This document shows positions 1-8,705 of a DNA stretch of 64,000 nucleotides, one piece after another. Below the pieces are notes generated by a model. That model was not told the origin of the DNA. It did no database searches and saw only the letters and a program-made list of their open reading frames with translations. Made by a program: the position numbers and the translations under genes. The stretch is from Firmicutes bacterium UBA6811 (lineage in GTDB: Bacteria > Bacillota > SHA-98 > UBA4971), in assembly GCA_002452295.1 (NCBI GenBank), contig DKEX01000096.1:16349-80348 (forward strand). Direction: 5' to 3'. Numbering within the stretch: the first letter of the stretch is position 1; each line of letters opens with the position of its first letter.

Positions 1-8
1 TACGCGCC

Positions 9-371
9 GTGCTCGGCGTCGGTGGTGGCACCGCTGGGAACCTGGGCTATGAAGAGACGAAGCGCGACGAGCATGCTCCGAGCCGAGGGTGGGAGGCGGG
101 GTGGGAGACCAGCGCCCTGACGCGCTGCGTGGACGTGGTGGTGCTCGATCCTCCGCGGGCGGGGTGCGGCGGGCACGCGCTTCACGCCGTTGCCCACCTG
201 GAGCCGGACCGAACCGTGTACGTTTCCTGCGACCCCGAGACCCTCGCTCGCGACCTCGCGCTTCTCGCCCGGGCCGGTTACCGAACGGCGTCGGTGCAGC
301 CGGTGGACATGTTCCCCCAGACTGCACACACCGAGGCTGTTGCATTGCTGTTGAGATCCTCCTTGGATTGA
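9..371 (+). CDS. 23S rRNA (uracil-5)-methyltransferase RlmD/RumA family, C-terminal part (5' end lies upstream of the window)
   Basis: The translation carries the SAM-MTase C-terminal motifs VVLDPPRAG and [14 protein letters not shown]. The ORF is open to the window edge. Confidence 0.6.
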   Translation: MLGVGGGTAGNLGYEETKRDEHAPSRGWEAGWETSALTRCVDVVVLDPPRAGCGGHALHAVAHLEPDRTVYVSCDPETLARDLALLARAGYRTASVQPVDMFPQTAHTEAVALLLRSSLD

Positions 372-695
372 AGTCCGGGGATTCCTGAAGGCATTAGACT
401 CAAGGCTGGTTGGCAGCCATGTCCGTCCAGAGCATTTCTGTCCGGGTCTCGTCGGTGCTGCCACCTAAGGCCGGCTCAGTGACCCGCCCCGGATGCGTTG
501 GCTTCCCGCAGGAAGGTTGGTCGCACCGGGCGGCGGCCCCGGTAGCCCGCGCTACCGCCAGGCCGATGGGATGCACTCTGGAAACCTTGAAATCTTGCGT
601 GCAGAAGGCGGACTCAAGCTCCCCGTCTCCACAACCGCACACCCTACGTACATAGCTGTGGAATCCGGTGCATTCGGCATGGGAGGCGAACGATT

Positions 696-1310
696 ATGAG
701 GGCATCACACGGAGGGCCTGCCGCCGGGCAGGCGCTGCCGGTCTCGCATCTTGCGAGGCATCCAGCGATCCCGGCGCTCAGGCGCGCGGCCGAGGTGGAC
801 GAGGCCGCACACTATGGTGCAACCTTGATCTTCTTCCTCACGGGCACCATTTATGAACTGCGGGACGTGGTCGCCCGGGCCGCAGCCGCCGGGCAGCAGG
901 TGTTCTGCCACGTGGACCTGCTGCAGGGGATAGGCAAGGACCCGGTAGGTATGAGGTGGATTGCGAGGGAGATCGGCGTGAATGGCATCCTGACGACCAG
1001 GAGCTCACTCATAAAGGCCGCGAAAGACGAGGGCCTCGTGGCGGTGCAGCGTCTTTTCGTGCTGGATTCGGAATCGCTCAGGACAGGGCTTTCGGTGCTT
1101 GCGTCATCCAGGCCCGACGCGGTGGAGATCCTGCCGGCGCTCGTGCTGCCTAACATCATCCACCGACTGCCTCTCGACGCCATATCGCCGTTCATAGCAG
1201 GCGGCCTCGTGGAGACCGCGCCAGAGCTGGAGGCAGTGCTCGCCACGGGTGCCCTTGGCGTGTCCACCAGTAAGAAGGAGCTGTGGGGTTACACGAGAGA
1301 AGTCACGTAG
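696..1310 (+). CDS. glpP: Glycerol-3-phosphate responsive antiterminator GlpP
   Basis: Motifs HVDLLQGI, VQRLFVLDS, DAVEILPA, IAGGLV and a C-terminal STSKKELW match the GlpP family. The GGGAGG RBS sits 9 nt upstream of the ATG. Confidence 0.8.
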   Translation: MRASHGGPAAGQALPVSHLARHPAIPALRRAAEVDEAAHYGATLIFFLTGTIYELRDVVARAAAAGQQVFCHVDLLQGIGKDPVGMRWIAREIGVNGILTTRSSLIKAAKDEGLVAVQRLFVLDSESLRTGLSVLASSRPDAVEILPALVLPNIIHRLPLDAISPFIAGGLVETAPELEAVLATGALGVSTSKKELWGYTREVT

Positions 1311-1418
1311 GGTTGCAGGAGTTCGCAGCTTTTTGATGAATACACATATAGCGAACCAAAGTTGAGGCAGAATCCGCCATAGGTGCGGCGTAAGCTGCTG
1401 ACGTTACGGCGCGGAGAT

Positions 1419-1490
1419 AAGGAGAAGGCCGGAACGGAGAGCGTTGTTTTCCGTTTTGGTGCTTCTCCTTTTATGTTTGGTATGTTTGGC
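1419..1490 (+). terminator. Intrinsic terminator inside the glpA-like leader, the presumed GlpP antitermination target
   Basis: A 9-bp stem AAGGAGAAG...CTTCTCCTT encloses an inner hairpin and is followed by TTTTATGTTT. It lies about 110 nt after the glpP stop and about 380 nt before the glpA-like start. Confidence 0.5.
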
Positions 1491-1873
1491 ACGCATGTGC
1501 GAGTGACAGGTGAGAGTTCCGCTATGCCTGAGTCTGTCGCGTGGCATTGTTCGGGGGGCCACGCAAGCCGGGACGCCGTCAGCCCTAGGCTCACGTTTGC
1601 AGGTTGACGTGGGGTGCGCGCATTGCTCCCGGGCTCAAGTGCGGCTTCGCATGCACCGGGCAGCCGGTTGCGGCGGCCCGGCGGGGCGGGTGCCGGCTGA
1701 GCGCATACTCATACTGGATGAGCAGGCATTACAGGAGAAAAGCGAACCGGGCGGAGTGGACGGGAGATCATGAGAGAGTCCTATCTGCCAGGCCCGTTGC
1801 TCGTTGCTCGTCAGCGCATTACACTTCGCTTGCTGCACGCGCGACGGGGCTTGTTGGAGGCTGGACTTTCTTT

Positions 1874-3598
1874 ATGGAACGGAAGATGGGCGTCGCGGAG
1901 GGATATGGATTGCCGACCAAAACGATGCATGCTGACCTGGCAATCATCGGAGCGGGGGTGGTAGGCGCTGCCGTCGCGAGGGAGCTTGCGCGATACGACT
2001 TGAGGGTGGTGCTCCTCGAGCGCGAGGTGGAGGCGGCGTTCGGTACCAGCAAGGCCAATAGCGGAGTCGTGCACGCGGGCTTCCACTCGACCCCCGGGAC
2101 CCTGAAAGCATCGCTTTGCGTCGAGGGCAACGCCATGTTCGACGATATCGCAGAGGAGCTCGCGGTGCCCTTCAGGCGCAACGGGTTGCTCATGGTGGCG
2201 ATGTCCGCCGACGAGGTCGGCGTGCTCCGCGAGCACTTCGAGCAGGGGTGGCGTAACCGGGTGCCCGGGCTTCGCCTTCTCGACGCGGATGAGGCCCGCA
2301 GGTTGGAGCCGGGGCTTGCGCCGGAGGTTGTGGCGGCGTTGTATGCCCCGACGGGCGGGGTTGTATGCCCGTACCAGCTCACGTTCGCCCTGGTCGAAAA
2401 CGCCGTCGCCAACGGCGTCGCCTTCATGGCCGGCTCGCCGGTCACTTCGATTCACCTCCGGGACGGCCGAATCGCAGCGGTCGAGACGCCGGATACAATC
2501 ATAGAGGCCGCCTGGGTGGTGAATGCCGCGGGGCTCTTCGCGGACCGGATCGCGGCTATGGCAGGGGACGAGTCCTTCGAGATCCGCCCGAGGAAGGGCG
2601 AGGAGTACCTGCTGGACAGGCGCGTCGGCGGCCTCGTCCGGTCCACGATATTCCCGGTGCCGACCGCCGTGTCCAAGGGTATCCTCGTGATCCCGACGGT
2701 GGACGGGAACATCATGGTCGGTCCCACCGCGGAGGATACCCACGACCGCCTGGACTTCGCCACGACACGGGCGGGATTCGAGGCGGTCTTCGCGGCGGCG
2801 CGGCGCATGGTGCCGTCTGTGTCGCCCCGTGACATCATAGCGTCCTTCGCCGGCCTGCGCGCTGCGTCCTCCGAGGACGACTTCATCATAAGGCCATCGC
2901 GGGTGGTGAGGGGCCTTGTCCACGCCGCCGGGATAGAATCCCCCGGCCTGACCGCGGCGCCCGCCATCGCACGGATGGTCGTGGAGATCTTGCGCGAGGA
3001 AGGCCTCGTCGAGATGCGGGCCCGGCGCGCGTTCAACCCTGTTCGCCAAGCTCCCGTCAGGTTTGCGCATCTTTCCAGGGCGGAGCAGGCCAGCCTCATC
3101 GAGATGGACCCCGCATTCGGGCGGATCGTGTGCAGGTGCGAGACGGTGACGGAGGCCGAGGTGGTGGACGCCATCCGGAGGGGCGCGAGGACCGTGGACG
3201 GCGTCAAGCTCAGGACGCGCGCCGGCATGGGCAGGTGCCAGGGCGGCTTCTGCATGCCGAGGGTCATGAAGATCATCTCCCGCGAGCTGGGTATCCCTGT
3301 TGAGCAGGTTACAAAGAGAGGCGGGGGTTCGGTGATCTCGCCGTACCCGGCCAAGGCTCTGCTGAGTGAGAGCGGGTGGGAGGCAGAGGCGGAGTCTGGA
3401 CCTGGGCCGAAGTCTGAACCCGGGGCAGATCCTCGGGCCGGGGACGTTGTCGGGGCTGAACGCGCGACGCCACACCGCGAGGGTCCCAGGGTTGAGGGCG
3501 TGGTCGCGCGCGGGGCCGCAGTCCGGGCTGAGGGTGACGTCGGAGTTAGGGGCGACGTCGGGGCCGGGTTCGGGGCGCGGTCCGCGTCGGGGAGGTAG
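1874..3598 (+). CDS. FAD-dependent glycerol-3-phosphate dehydrogenase/oxidase (GlpA-like) with a C-terminal BFD-like [2Fe-2S] domain and a low-complexity tail
   Basis: The N-terminus has the FAD fold DLAIIGAGVVGAAVAREL. The C-terminus has CRCETVTEAEVVDAIRRG...GMGRCQGGFC (BFD-like). The start ATG 1874 was chosen inside the longer ORF 1604-3598. The tail is Gly/Ala/Arg-rich. Confidence 0.75.
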   Translation: MERKMGVAEGYGLPTKTMHADLAIIGAGVVGAAVARELARYDLRVVLLEREVEAAFGTSKANSGVVHAGFHSTPGTLKASLCVEGNAMFDDIAEELAVPFRRNGLLMVAMSADEVGVLREHFEQGWRNRVPGLRLLDADEARRLEPGLAPEVVAALYAPTGGVVCPYQLTFALVENAVANGVAFMAGSPVTSIHLRDGRIAAVETPDTIIEAAWVVNAAGLFADRIAAMAGDESFEIRPRKGEEYLLDRRVGGLVRSTIFPVPTAVSKGILVIPTVDGNIMVGPTAEDTHDRLDFATTRAGFEAVFAAARRMVPSVSPRDIIASFAGLRAASSEDDFIIRPSRVVRGLVHAAGIESPGLTAAPAIARMVVEILREEGLVEMRARRAFNPVRQAPVRFAHLSRAEQASLIEMDPAFGRIVCRCETVTEAEVVDAIRRGARTVDGVKLRTRAGMGRCQGGFCMPRVMKIISRELGIPVEQVTKRGGGSVISPYPAKALLSESGWEAEAESGPGPKSEPGADPRAGDVVGAERATPHREGPRVEGVVARGAAVRAEGDVGVRGDVGAGFGARSASGR

Positions 3599-3624
3599 GG
3601 CCGTTGGAGGCAGCAGGAAAACGC

Positions 3625-5097
3625 ATGAATGTCGACGTGGCGGTGATCGGTGGGGGTCCGGCAGGCCTTGCAGCGGCTGTGGCCGCGAGGCAGGCCGGGG
3701 CGGGGCGGGTGCTCATCATTGAGCGCGACGTGCGCCCGGGCGGCGTACTCCCGCAATGCATACACACGGGGTTCGGGGTGAAGTGGTTCGGCGAGGAACT
3801 CACGGGTCCCGAGTACGCCGGACGGTTCGTCAAGCAGGCGGCGGACGCAGGCGCCGAGTCCATGCTCGAGACGATGGTCCTCGAGATCACGCGGGACCTT
3901 CGGGTGGTGGCGGTGTCGCCCCGCGACGGACTGGTCATGGTCGAGTGCGGCGCCATCGTGCTCGCCATGGGATGCCGGGAGCGTCCCCGCGGGGCGCTCG
4001 CCATCCCAGGCACGAGGCCGGCGGGGATCTTCACGGCCGGCACGGCCCAGCGACTCGTGAACATCGAGGGTGTCGTGCCGGGGCGGCGGGCGGTCATCCT
4101 GGGGTCTGGCGACGTGGGCCTCATCATGGCGCGGCGGCTCACCCTTGAAGGGGTGAAGGTTGAGGCGGTTGTGGAGATCATGAGCTACGCGGGTGGCCTT
4201 GCCCGGAACATACAGCAGTGCCTCCGCGACTTCGACATCCCGCTCTACCTCGGGCACACCATCTCCAGGATCCACGGGCGCGACAGGCTGGAGGGAGTGA
4301 GCGTGGCCCCTGTTGATGATGCGCGGGTGCCTATCGCTGAGAAGGAGTGGTTCATCCCGTGCGATACGCTGCTCCTGTCGGTCGGGCTCATTCCCGAAAA
4401 CGAGCTTTCGGCGGCGTGTGGCATCGAGCTGGACCCTGCCACCGGGGGCCCCATCGTCACTGACGAGATGGAGACGAGCGTGCCTGGCATCTTCGCCTGC
4501 GGCAACGTGGTGCATGTGCACGACCTCGTTGATCACGTCACGGAGGACGGTATGGTGGCGGGCGAAGCGGCAGCCGCAGCGGCCGCGTCAGCAGCAGCTA
4601 CTGCAGGTGCCACCGCAGTCACCACAGCTGCCGCCGGTGCGATGGCCGGGGCCGAAGGCGGAGCTAGAGCCAAGGGCGGGGCCGGGGCCGGGACTAGGAC
4701 CACAACTATGACCGGGACCGGGGCCGGAGCCAGGCCGGCGCACTACTCAGGGAGAGCGGGCGTGCCGGCAGGAGAGGGCAACGGTGATGGGACCTCTCGC
4801 ATATCCGGCACCCGCACCCTGGGGGAGATTCGCCCGGGGTCCAACGTGAGATACGTGGTCCCTCAGCGCTTCGTGCAGGGCGGCGAGCGCGGCGGGGGCG
4901 GCAGGACACTCACCATATCCCTAAGGCCCAGCGAGCCTGCGGAGAACGTGGTGGTGGAGGTGTCGGCTGCCGGGAAGGTGCTGCGGCGCCAGAGGAAGGA
5001 GAGGGTCCGACCTGGCGAGATGCTGCAGGTGAGCGTCGACAGGCGGACGCTTCCATCCGGTGACGGCGTGGTCACGGTGTCCATAGTGAGTCGGTAG
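3625..5097 (+). CDS. FAD/NAD(P)-binding pyridine nucleotide-disulfide-type oxidoreductase, second subunit of the GlpA-like/DUF1667 three-gene module
   Basis: The N-terminus is VAVIGGGPAGLAAA and a second Rossmann motif is VILGSGDVGLIMARRL. The C-terminal roughly 170 aa is low complexity (Ala/Gly/Thr-rich). The alternative TTG start at 3604 is possible. Confidence 0.7.
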   Translation: MNVDVAVIGGGPAGLAAAVAARQAGAGRVLIIERDVRPGGVLPQCIHTGFGVKWFGEELTGPEYAGRFVKQAADAGAESMLETMVLEITRDLRVVAVSPRDGLVMVECGAIVLAMGCRERPRGALAIPGTRPAGIFTAGTAQRLVNIEGVVPGRRAVILGSGDVGLIMARRLTLEGVKVEAVVEIMSYAGGLARNIQQCLRDFDIPLYLGHTISRIHGRDRLEGVSVAPVDDARVPIAEKEWFIPCDTLLLSVGLIPENELSAACGIELDPATGGPIVTDEMETSVPGIFACGNVVHVHDLVDHVTEDGMVAGEAAAAAAASAAATAGATAVTTAAAGAMAGAEGGARAKGGAGAGTRTTTMTGTGAGARPAHYSGRAGVPAGEGNGDGTSRISGTRTLGEIRPGSNVRYVVPQRFVQGGERGGGGRTLTISLRPSEPAENVVVEVSAAGKVLRRQRKERVRPGEMLQVSVDRRTLPSGDGVVTVSIVSR

Positions 5098-5155
5098 TAT
5101 GCTCCGGAGCGCGTCACCACACTGGCGTAAACTGAGACGGAGGGTGTGATGCTGG

Positions 5156-5515
5156 GTGACCAAGGGCGCTGGTGAGTTCACGGTAACATGCGTTGCGTGC
5201 CCTGTGGGGTGTGAGGTCACGGTTTCAGGCGGCGACGAGGTAAGGGGCAACAGGTGCGACCGCGGGCGCGAATATGCGCTTCTCGAACACCGCGACCCAA
5301 GACGCATTCTGACGTCCACTGTGCGGACAACGTGTCCTGATCTTCCGCTCCTTCCTGTGAGGACTGACCGCCCAATCCCGAAGCGCTTGCTTTTTGAGGC
5401 CGCAAAGCTCCTGGCTACCGAGTGTATCAGCCCGCCCGTGAAAGCCGGCGATGTGGTGGTCCGCGACATCCTCGGGACCGGCGCCTCTGCGGTGGCCACC
5501 GACGACCTCTTTTGA
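5156..5515 (+). CDS. DUF1667 domain protein, small Cys-rich partner of the GlpA-like oxidoreductases
   Basis: It has the CVACPVGCEV...GNRCDRGREYA pattern and the conserved LTSTV...LPV.T...IPK motif. Confidence 0.65.
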   Translation: MTKGAGEFTVTCVACPVGCEVTVSGGDEVRGNRCDRGREYALLEHRDPRRILTSTVRTTCPDLPLLPVRTDRPIPKRLLFEAAKLLATECISPPVKAGDVVVRDILGTGASAVATDDLF

Positions 5516-5551
5516 TTGGACTCCCCTCTGCCGGGTGGTTCAATGACGACA

Positions 5552-5580
5552 TTGACCACCTGGTCAATATATGCTACAAT
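5552..5580 (+). promoter_or_regulatory. Sigma-A type promoter (TTGACC-17-TACAAT) for the ABC transporter operon, overlapped by an imperfect palindrome
   Basis: TTGACC is at 5552-5557 and TACAAT at 5575-5580, with a 17-nt spacer. The inverted repeat GGTGGTTCAATG/CATTGACCACC spans 5534-5560. Confidence 0.5.
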
Positions 5581-5614
5581 GCCCGTGAGACCTGTGAGAG
5601 GGGTGTGAGGCAGC

Positions 5615-6496
5615 GTGTACGCCGTGGAAACGAAGAACCTGACCAAGTACTACGGCAAGTCCCGGGGGATCGTCGATGTAAACCTCCGTCTCGCCGAAGG
5701 CGAGATATTCGGGTTCATCGGCCCTAACGGCGCCGGCAAAACGACGACGATCCGCCTTCTCCTGAACTTCATCTTTCCGACGAGCGGAAGCGCCAGCATA
5801 TTCGGCCTTGACTGCGTCGAGAAGAGCACGGAGATCAAGAGACAGGTCGGTTACCTGCCGGGCGAAGTCAACTACTACGGAGACATGCGCGTGAGAGACC
5901 TTCTTGAATACTCGGGGCGATTCTACGCCAGGGATTGCTCCATAAGGGGCAGGGAGCTTGCCGCTGCGTTCGATCTGAACCTGGACGCCCGCATCGAGGA
6001 CCTGTCGCAGGGTAACAAGAAAAAGGTCGGCATCGTGCAGGCGCTCCTGCATTCGCCGAGGCTCCTCATCCTCGACGAGCCCACCAGCGGCCTGGACCCG
6101 CTGATCCAGAGACGCTTTTTCGATGTGCTGCTGGAGGAGAACAGGAAGGGCGTGACGATATTCTTCTCGTCCCACGTGCTCAACGAGGTGCAGAGGCTCT
6201 GCCATAGAGTGGGGATCATCAAAGAGGGGCGCATCCTGAGGGTGGACGACATCGAGACCATCAGGGCTCAGCAGTTCAAGAAGGTCAGCGTGACCTTCAA
6301 AGCCCCGTCCCAGGAGTTCGCCGTCGGTCTCAAGGGAGTTCGCGATCTTGTCAGGGAGAACGGAACATATCGCTTCCTCTTCGGCGGCGACATGGACCCG
6401 CTCGTCAAAGAGCTAGCAAAGAGAAATGTCGAGAACCTCTGGATCGAGGAGCCGACGCTGGAAGAAGTCTTCATGCATTACTATGAGAAGGAGTGA
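5615..6496 (+). CDS. ABC transporter ATP-binding protein
   Basis: It has Walker A GPNGAGKTT, the signature LSQGNKKKV, Walker B LLILDEP and a GTG start. Confidence 0.85.
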   Translation: MYAVETKNLTKYYGKSRGIVDVNLRLAEGEIFGFIGPNGAGKTTTIRLLLNFIFPTSGSASIFGLDCVEKSTEIKRQVGYLPGEVNYYGDMRVRDLLEYSGRFYARDCSIRGRELAAAFDLNLDARIEDLSQGNKKKVGIVQALLHSPRLLILDEPTSGLDPLIQRRFFDVLLEENRKGVTIFFSSHVLNEVQRLCHRVGIIKEGRILRVDDIETIRAQQFKKVSVTFKAPSQEFAVGLKGVRDLVRENGTYRFLFGGDMDPLVKELAKRNVENLWIEEPTLEEVFMHYYEKE

Positions 6497-6501
6497 GACC
6501 G

Positions 6502-7299
6502 ATGAACGTGCTGCGCCGCGATCTTGTCCGAAACAGGCGGACATTCCTCATCTGGACTGCATCCATCGCGCTTCTCTCCGTCTGGCTGGTTTCCATGTAT
6601 TCTTCGGTGGCAGGGCCAGGAACGAACATCCAGCAGTACGCGGAGCAGTTCCCGGAGTCCTTCAAGAAGGCGTTCGGCCTGGACCGGCTGAGCCTGAACG
6701 ACATCCTTGGCTATTTCGGCACCGAGGTCCACATCATGATAATCCTCTTCGGCAGCATATTCGCCGTTCTTCTGAGCTCGAGCCTCCTGTCGAGGGAGGA
6801 GAACGAGAAGACGATAGAATTCCTGCTCGCCAGGCCCGTGAGCAGGCGGCAGGTGGTGACGGAGAAGCTCTGGGCGTATACAGCTTACGTGCTGCTCTTC
6901 AGCGTAGTCGTGTGGACCGCCTCGTACACCGCGATCCTCATGTCCTACGAGGGAGAATTCGACGCTGCCAGGTTCTGGGCCCTGGCGCTCATGACGACTC
7001 TCGTGCTCCTGACCTTCGCCAACCTTGGGTTCCTCGGGTCTGTGTTCATCACGAGGAACCGCACGGTGTTCTCGGGGGCGCTCGGGCTCGTGCTGGTCGC
7101 GTACGCCCTGCAGGTAGCGGCGGATACCAGCGACAAGCTGGGGTTCTTGAAGTATGTGACGCCCATGAAATGGGCCGGCGCGGCAGATGTGCTGACGAGC
7201 GGCATCAGCGGGACTTACCTCGTGATCATGCTGGCGGTGAACGCCGCCGCGCTCGTCGCGATGTGCGTCATCTATAGCCGGAAGGACATCCTGGTCTGA
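6502..7299 (+). CDS. ABC-2 family transporter permease
   Basis: The protein is multi-TM and hydrophobic. The GAAGGAG RBS is 8 nt upstream of ATG 6502. It is adjacent to the ATPase, with stop and start within a few nt. Confidence 0.7.
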   Translation: MNVLRRDLVRNRRTFLIWTASIALLSVWLVSMYSSVAGPGTNIQQYAEQFPESFKKAFGLDRLSLNDILGYFGTEVHIMIILFGSIFAVLLSSSLLSREENEKTIEFLLARPVSRRQVVTEKLWAYTAYVLLFSVVVWTASYTAILMSYEGEFDAARFWALALMTTLVLLTFANLGFLGSVFITRNRTVFSGALGLVLVAYALQVAADTSDKLGFLKYVTPMKWAGAADVLTSGISGTYLVIMLAVNAAALVAMCVIYSRKDILV

Positions 7300-7605
7300 G
7301 TGTGAGTTCACAGATCCATGGCGGTGTGGAAGGAGCTTCCAGGTTGCCGGTGTCGCACTCGGGGACGGCGCCCCAGGCGAGGCGTCTTGATGGAATAGGG
7401 TCGGGAGCGTTTTGCACCCTCACTCAGTGCTACCCCGAGAATAGCCGGCGGTTGCCATTTTCATCCTGCGATGGTGGCGGCCGTAGGCCGGCATGGAGGC
7501 CTACTTTGTCAGATACGGAATGCCATCCGGTTTGGCGGGTCTGGCGGCCTTGTCTGGTAGGGCGACTCTCGGCCCCGGTGGCCATTGACCGTCCAGTCCC
7601 CGGAG

Positions 7606-7775
7606 GACCCGTGATGTGCGGAACGGGTAAGGCGGAAAGAGTGACGCACGTCATCCTTCCCCTTGCATGCGTGACACAGGGAACGGGCGGGACCCGGACC
7701 CGTGATGTACATCACTGGATGGCTCTCAAAGATGACGTAGGGAACGGTTGATGAGGGACCCGTGACGTACGTCAC
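7606..7775 (+). repeat. Degenerate ~60-bp tandem repeats (about 3 copies) carrying three phased 14-bp palindromes GTGAYGYRCRTCAY and periodic GGAACGG
   Basis: GGAACGG occurs at 7620, 7680 and 7741. The palindromes are GTGACGCACGTCAT (7642-7655), GTGATGTACATCAC (7703-7716, perfect) and GTGACGTACGTCAC (7762-7775, perfect). GGACCCGTGAYGTRC recurs three times. Confidence 0.65.
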
Positions 7776-7896
7776 CCGTCAGCTCAAGTGACGGCACTGC
7801 CAAGAGCTCGATATGTGACAGAGGAGTATCAGGGGGTTAGGGGGTGATCATCTGAAGCAAAAGCCTGATAAGTCCCGCGAGGACCGGAAGCGAAAG

Positions 7897-8499
7897 GTGC
7901 TCGAGGCAGCGATCAAGGAATTCGCCGAAAGGGGCTATGCCGCCGCTTCGACCAACGCCATCGCGAAGGACGCGGGCGTCGCAAAGGGGCTCGTCTTCCA
8001 CCATTTCGGAAGCAAGAAGGACCTGTATCTCGCTGTCCTGGACCACTGTCTCGAGACGCAGACGGACTATTTCATGGCACGGGTGAAGCGTCCCTATCCG
8101 TCCGACATCATCGACCGCGTCGTCGAGTGGGGCGCCGTCAAACTGGAGATGGTGTACCGGTTCCCTCTCATGCATCGTCTCCTCATCACCGCCTTTCTGG
8201 ACATGCCGGCTGAAGTCAAGCCCGAGGTGGACAGGCGGATCCATGCCATCACGGAGAGAAGCTGGAAGCTGTTTTGGGACGGCATCGACCTTTCCCGCCT
8301 AAGAGAAGACACTGACAGGCGCAAGGCCGTTGAGCTGCTCATGGTTGCCATGGACGGCCTGCAACAAAAGTACGTGGAGCAGTACAGGCAGAACCCCGGG
8401 GACCTCATCGCCCGCGCACACGAAGTGTACCAGGAAGTCAGGGAGTACATGGAGATCCTGCGATACGGTCTGTACAAGAGGCCCGATCAGGGCATCTAG
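7897..8499 (+). CDS. TetR/AcrR family transcriptional regulator
   Basis: The HTH is LEAAIKEFAERGYAAASTNAIAKDAGVAKGLVFHHFGSKKDLY. The GTG start at 7897 is uncertain. The in-frame upstream region (7819-7896) has typical TetR N-terminal residues but no canonical start codon. Confidence 0.8.
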   Translation: MLEAAIKEFAERGYAAASTNAIAKDAGVAKGLVFHHFGSKKDLYLAVLDHCLETQTDYFMARVKRPYPSDIIDRVVEWGAVKLEMVYRFPLMHRLLITAFLDMPAEVKPEVDRRIHAITERSWKLFWDGIDLSRLREDTDRRKAVELLMVAMDGLQQKYVEQYRQNPGDLIARAHEVYQEVREYMEILRYGLYKRPDQGI

Positions 8500-8647
8500 T
8501 CCATGCGTCGGCCGGACAAGCGGACACGCTCCGTCAAGAGGGCGCAACGTAGGATCCAGAAGGAAGTCGAGGCGGCCAGGTCCGGCTTTCTAAGCACCGT
8601 CTCGATAGAACCGCACAGATAACTGCCGCATAACTGCCGCATCACTA

Positions 8648-8676
8648 TTGACATCCCCCGCCGCGCACGGTAAGCT
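8648..8676 (+). promoter_or_regulatory. Candidate sigma-A promoter TTGACA-17-TAAGCT, preceded by a tandem 11-bp direct repeat ATAACTGCCGC x2 (8619-8640)
   Basis: The hexamers and spacing were read directly from the sequence. It lies upstream of the TTG-start gene at 8706, which has a strong AGGGGG RBS. Confidence 0.4.
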
Positions 8677-8705
8677 GGTTGCAAACCATTTAGGGGGCGG
8701 CAGCG

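Noticed and set aside
1811-4536. Long minus-strand ORFs (1811-3475, 2452-4536), and many others such as 10562-11815, 15338-17089, 18031-20466, 39250-40926, 40941-42299, 42303-43736 and 56668-58203
   Set aside because: They are antisense to well-supported genes. Their translations are Arg/Pro/Gly-rich low-complexity sequence typical of spurious ORFs in about 70% GC DNA. They have no RBS support and no recognisable domains.
7302-7775. ORFs 7302-7751 (+), 7430-7654 (-) and 7509-7775 (-), showing a recurring VTGP peptide motif
   Set aside because: The repeat copies fall in different reading frames, so the recurrence is DNA-level (the palindromic repeat array), not a coding repeat. There is no RBS.
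7600-7800. Possible CRISPR array
   Set aside because: The repeats are degenerate, roughly 60 bp, and lack the constant-repeat/unique-spacer organisation. No cas genes are present.
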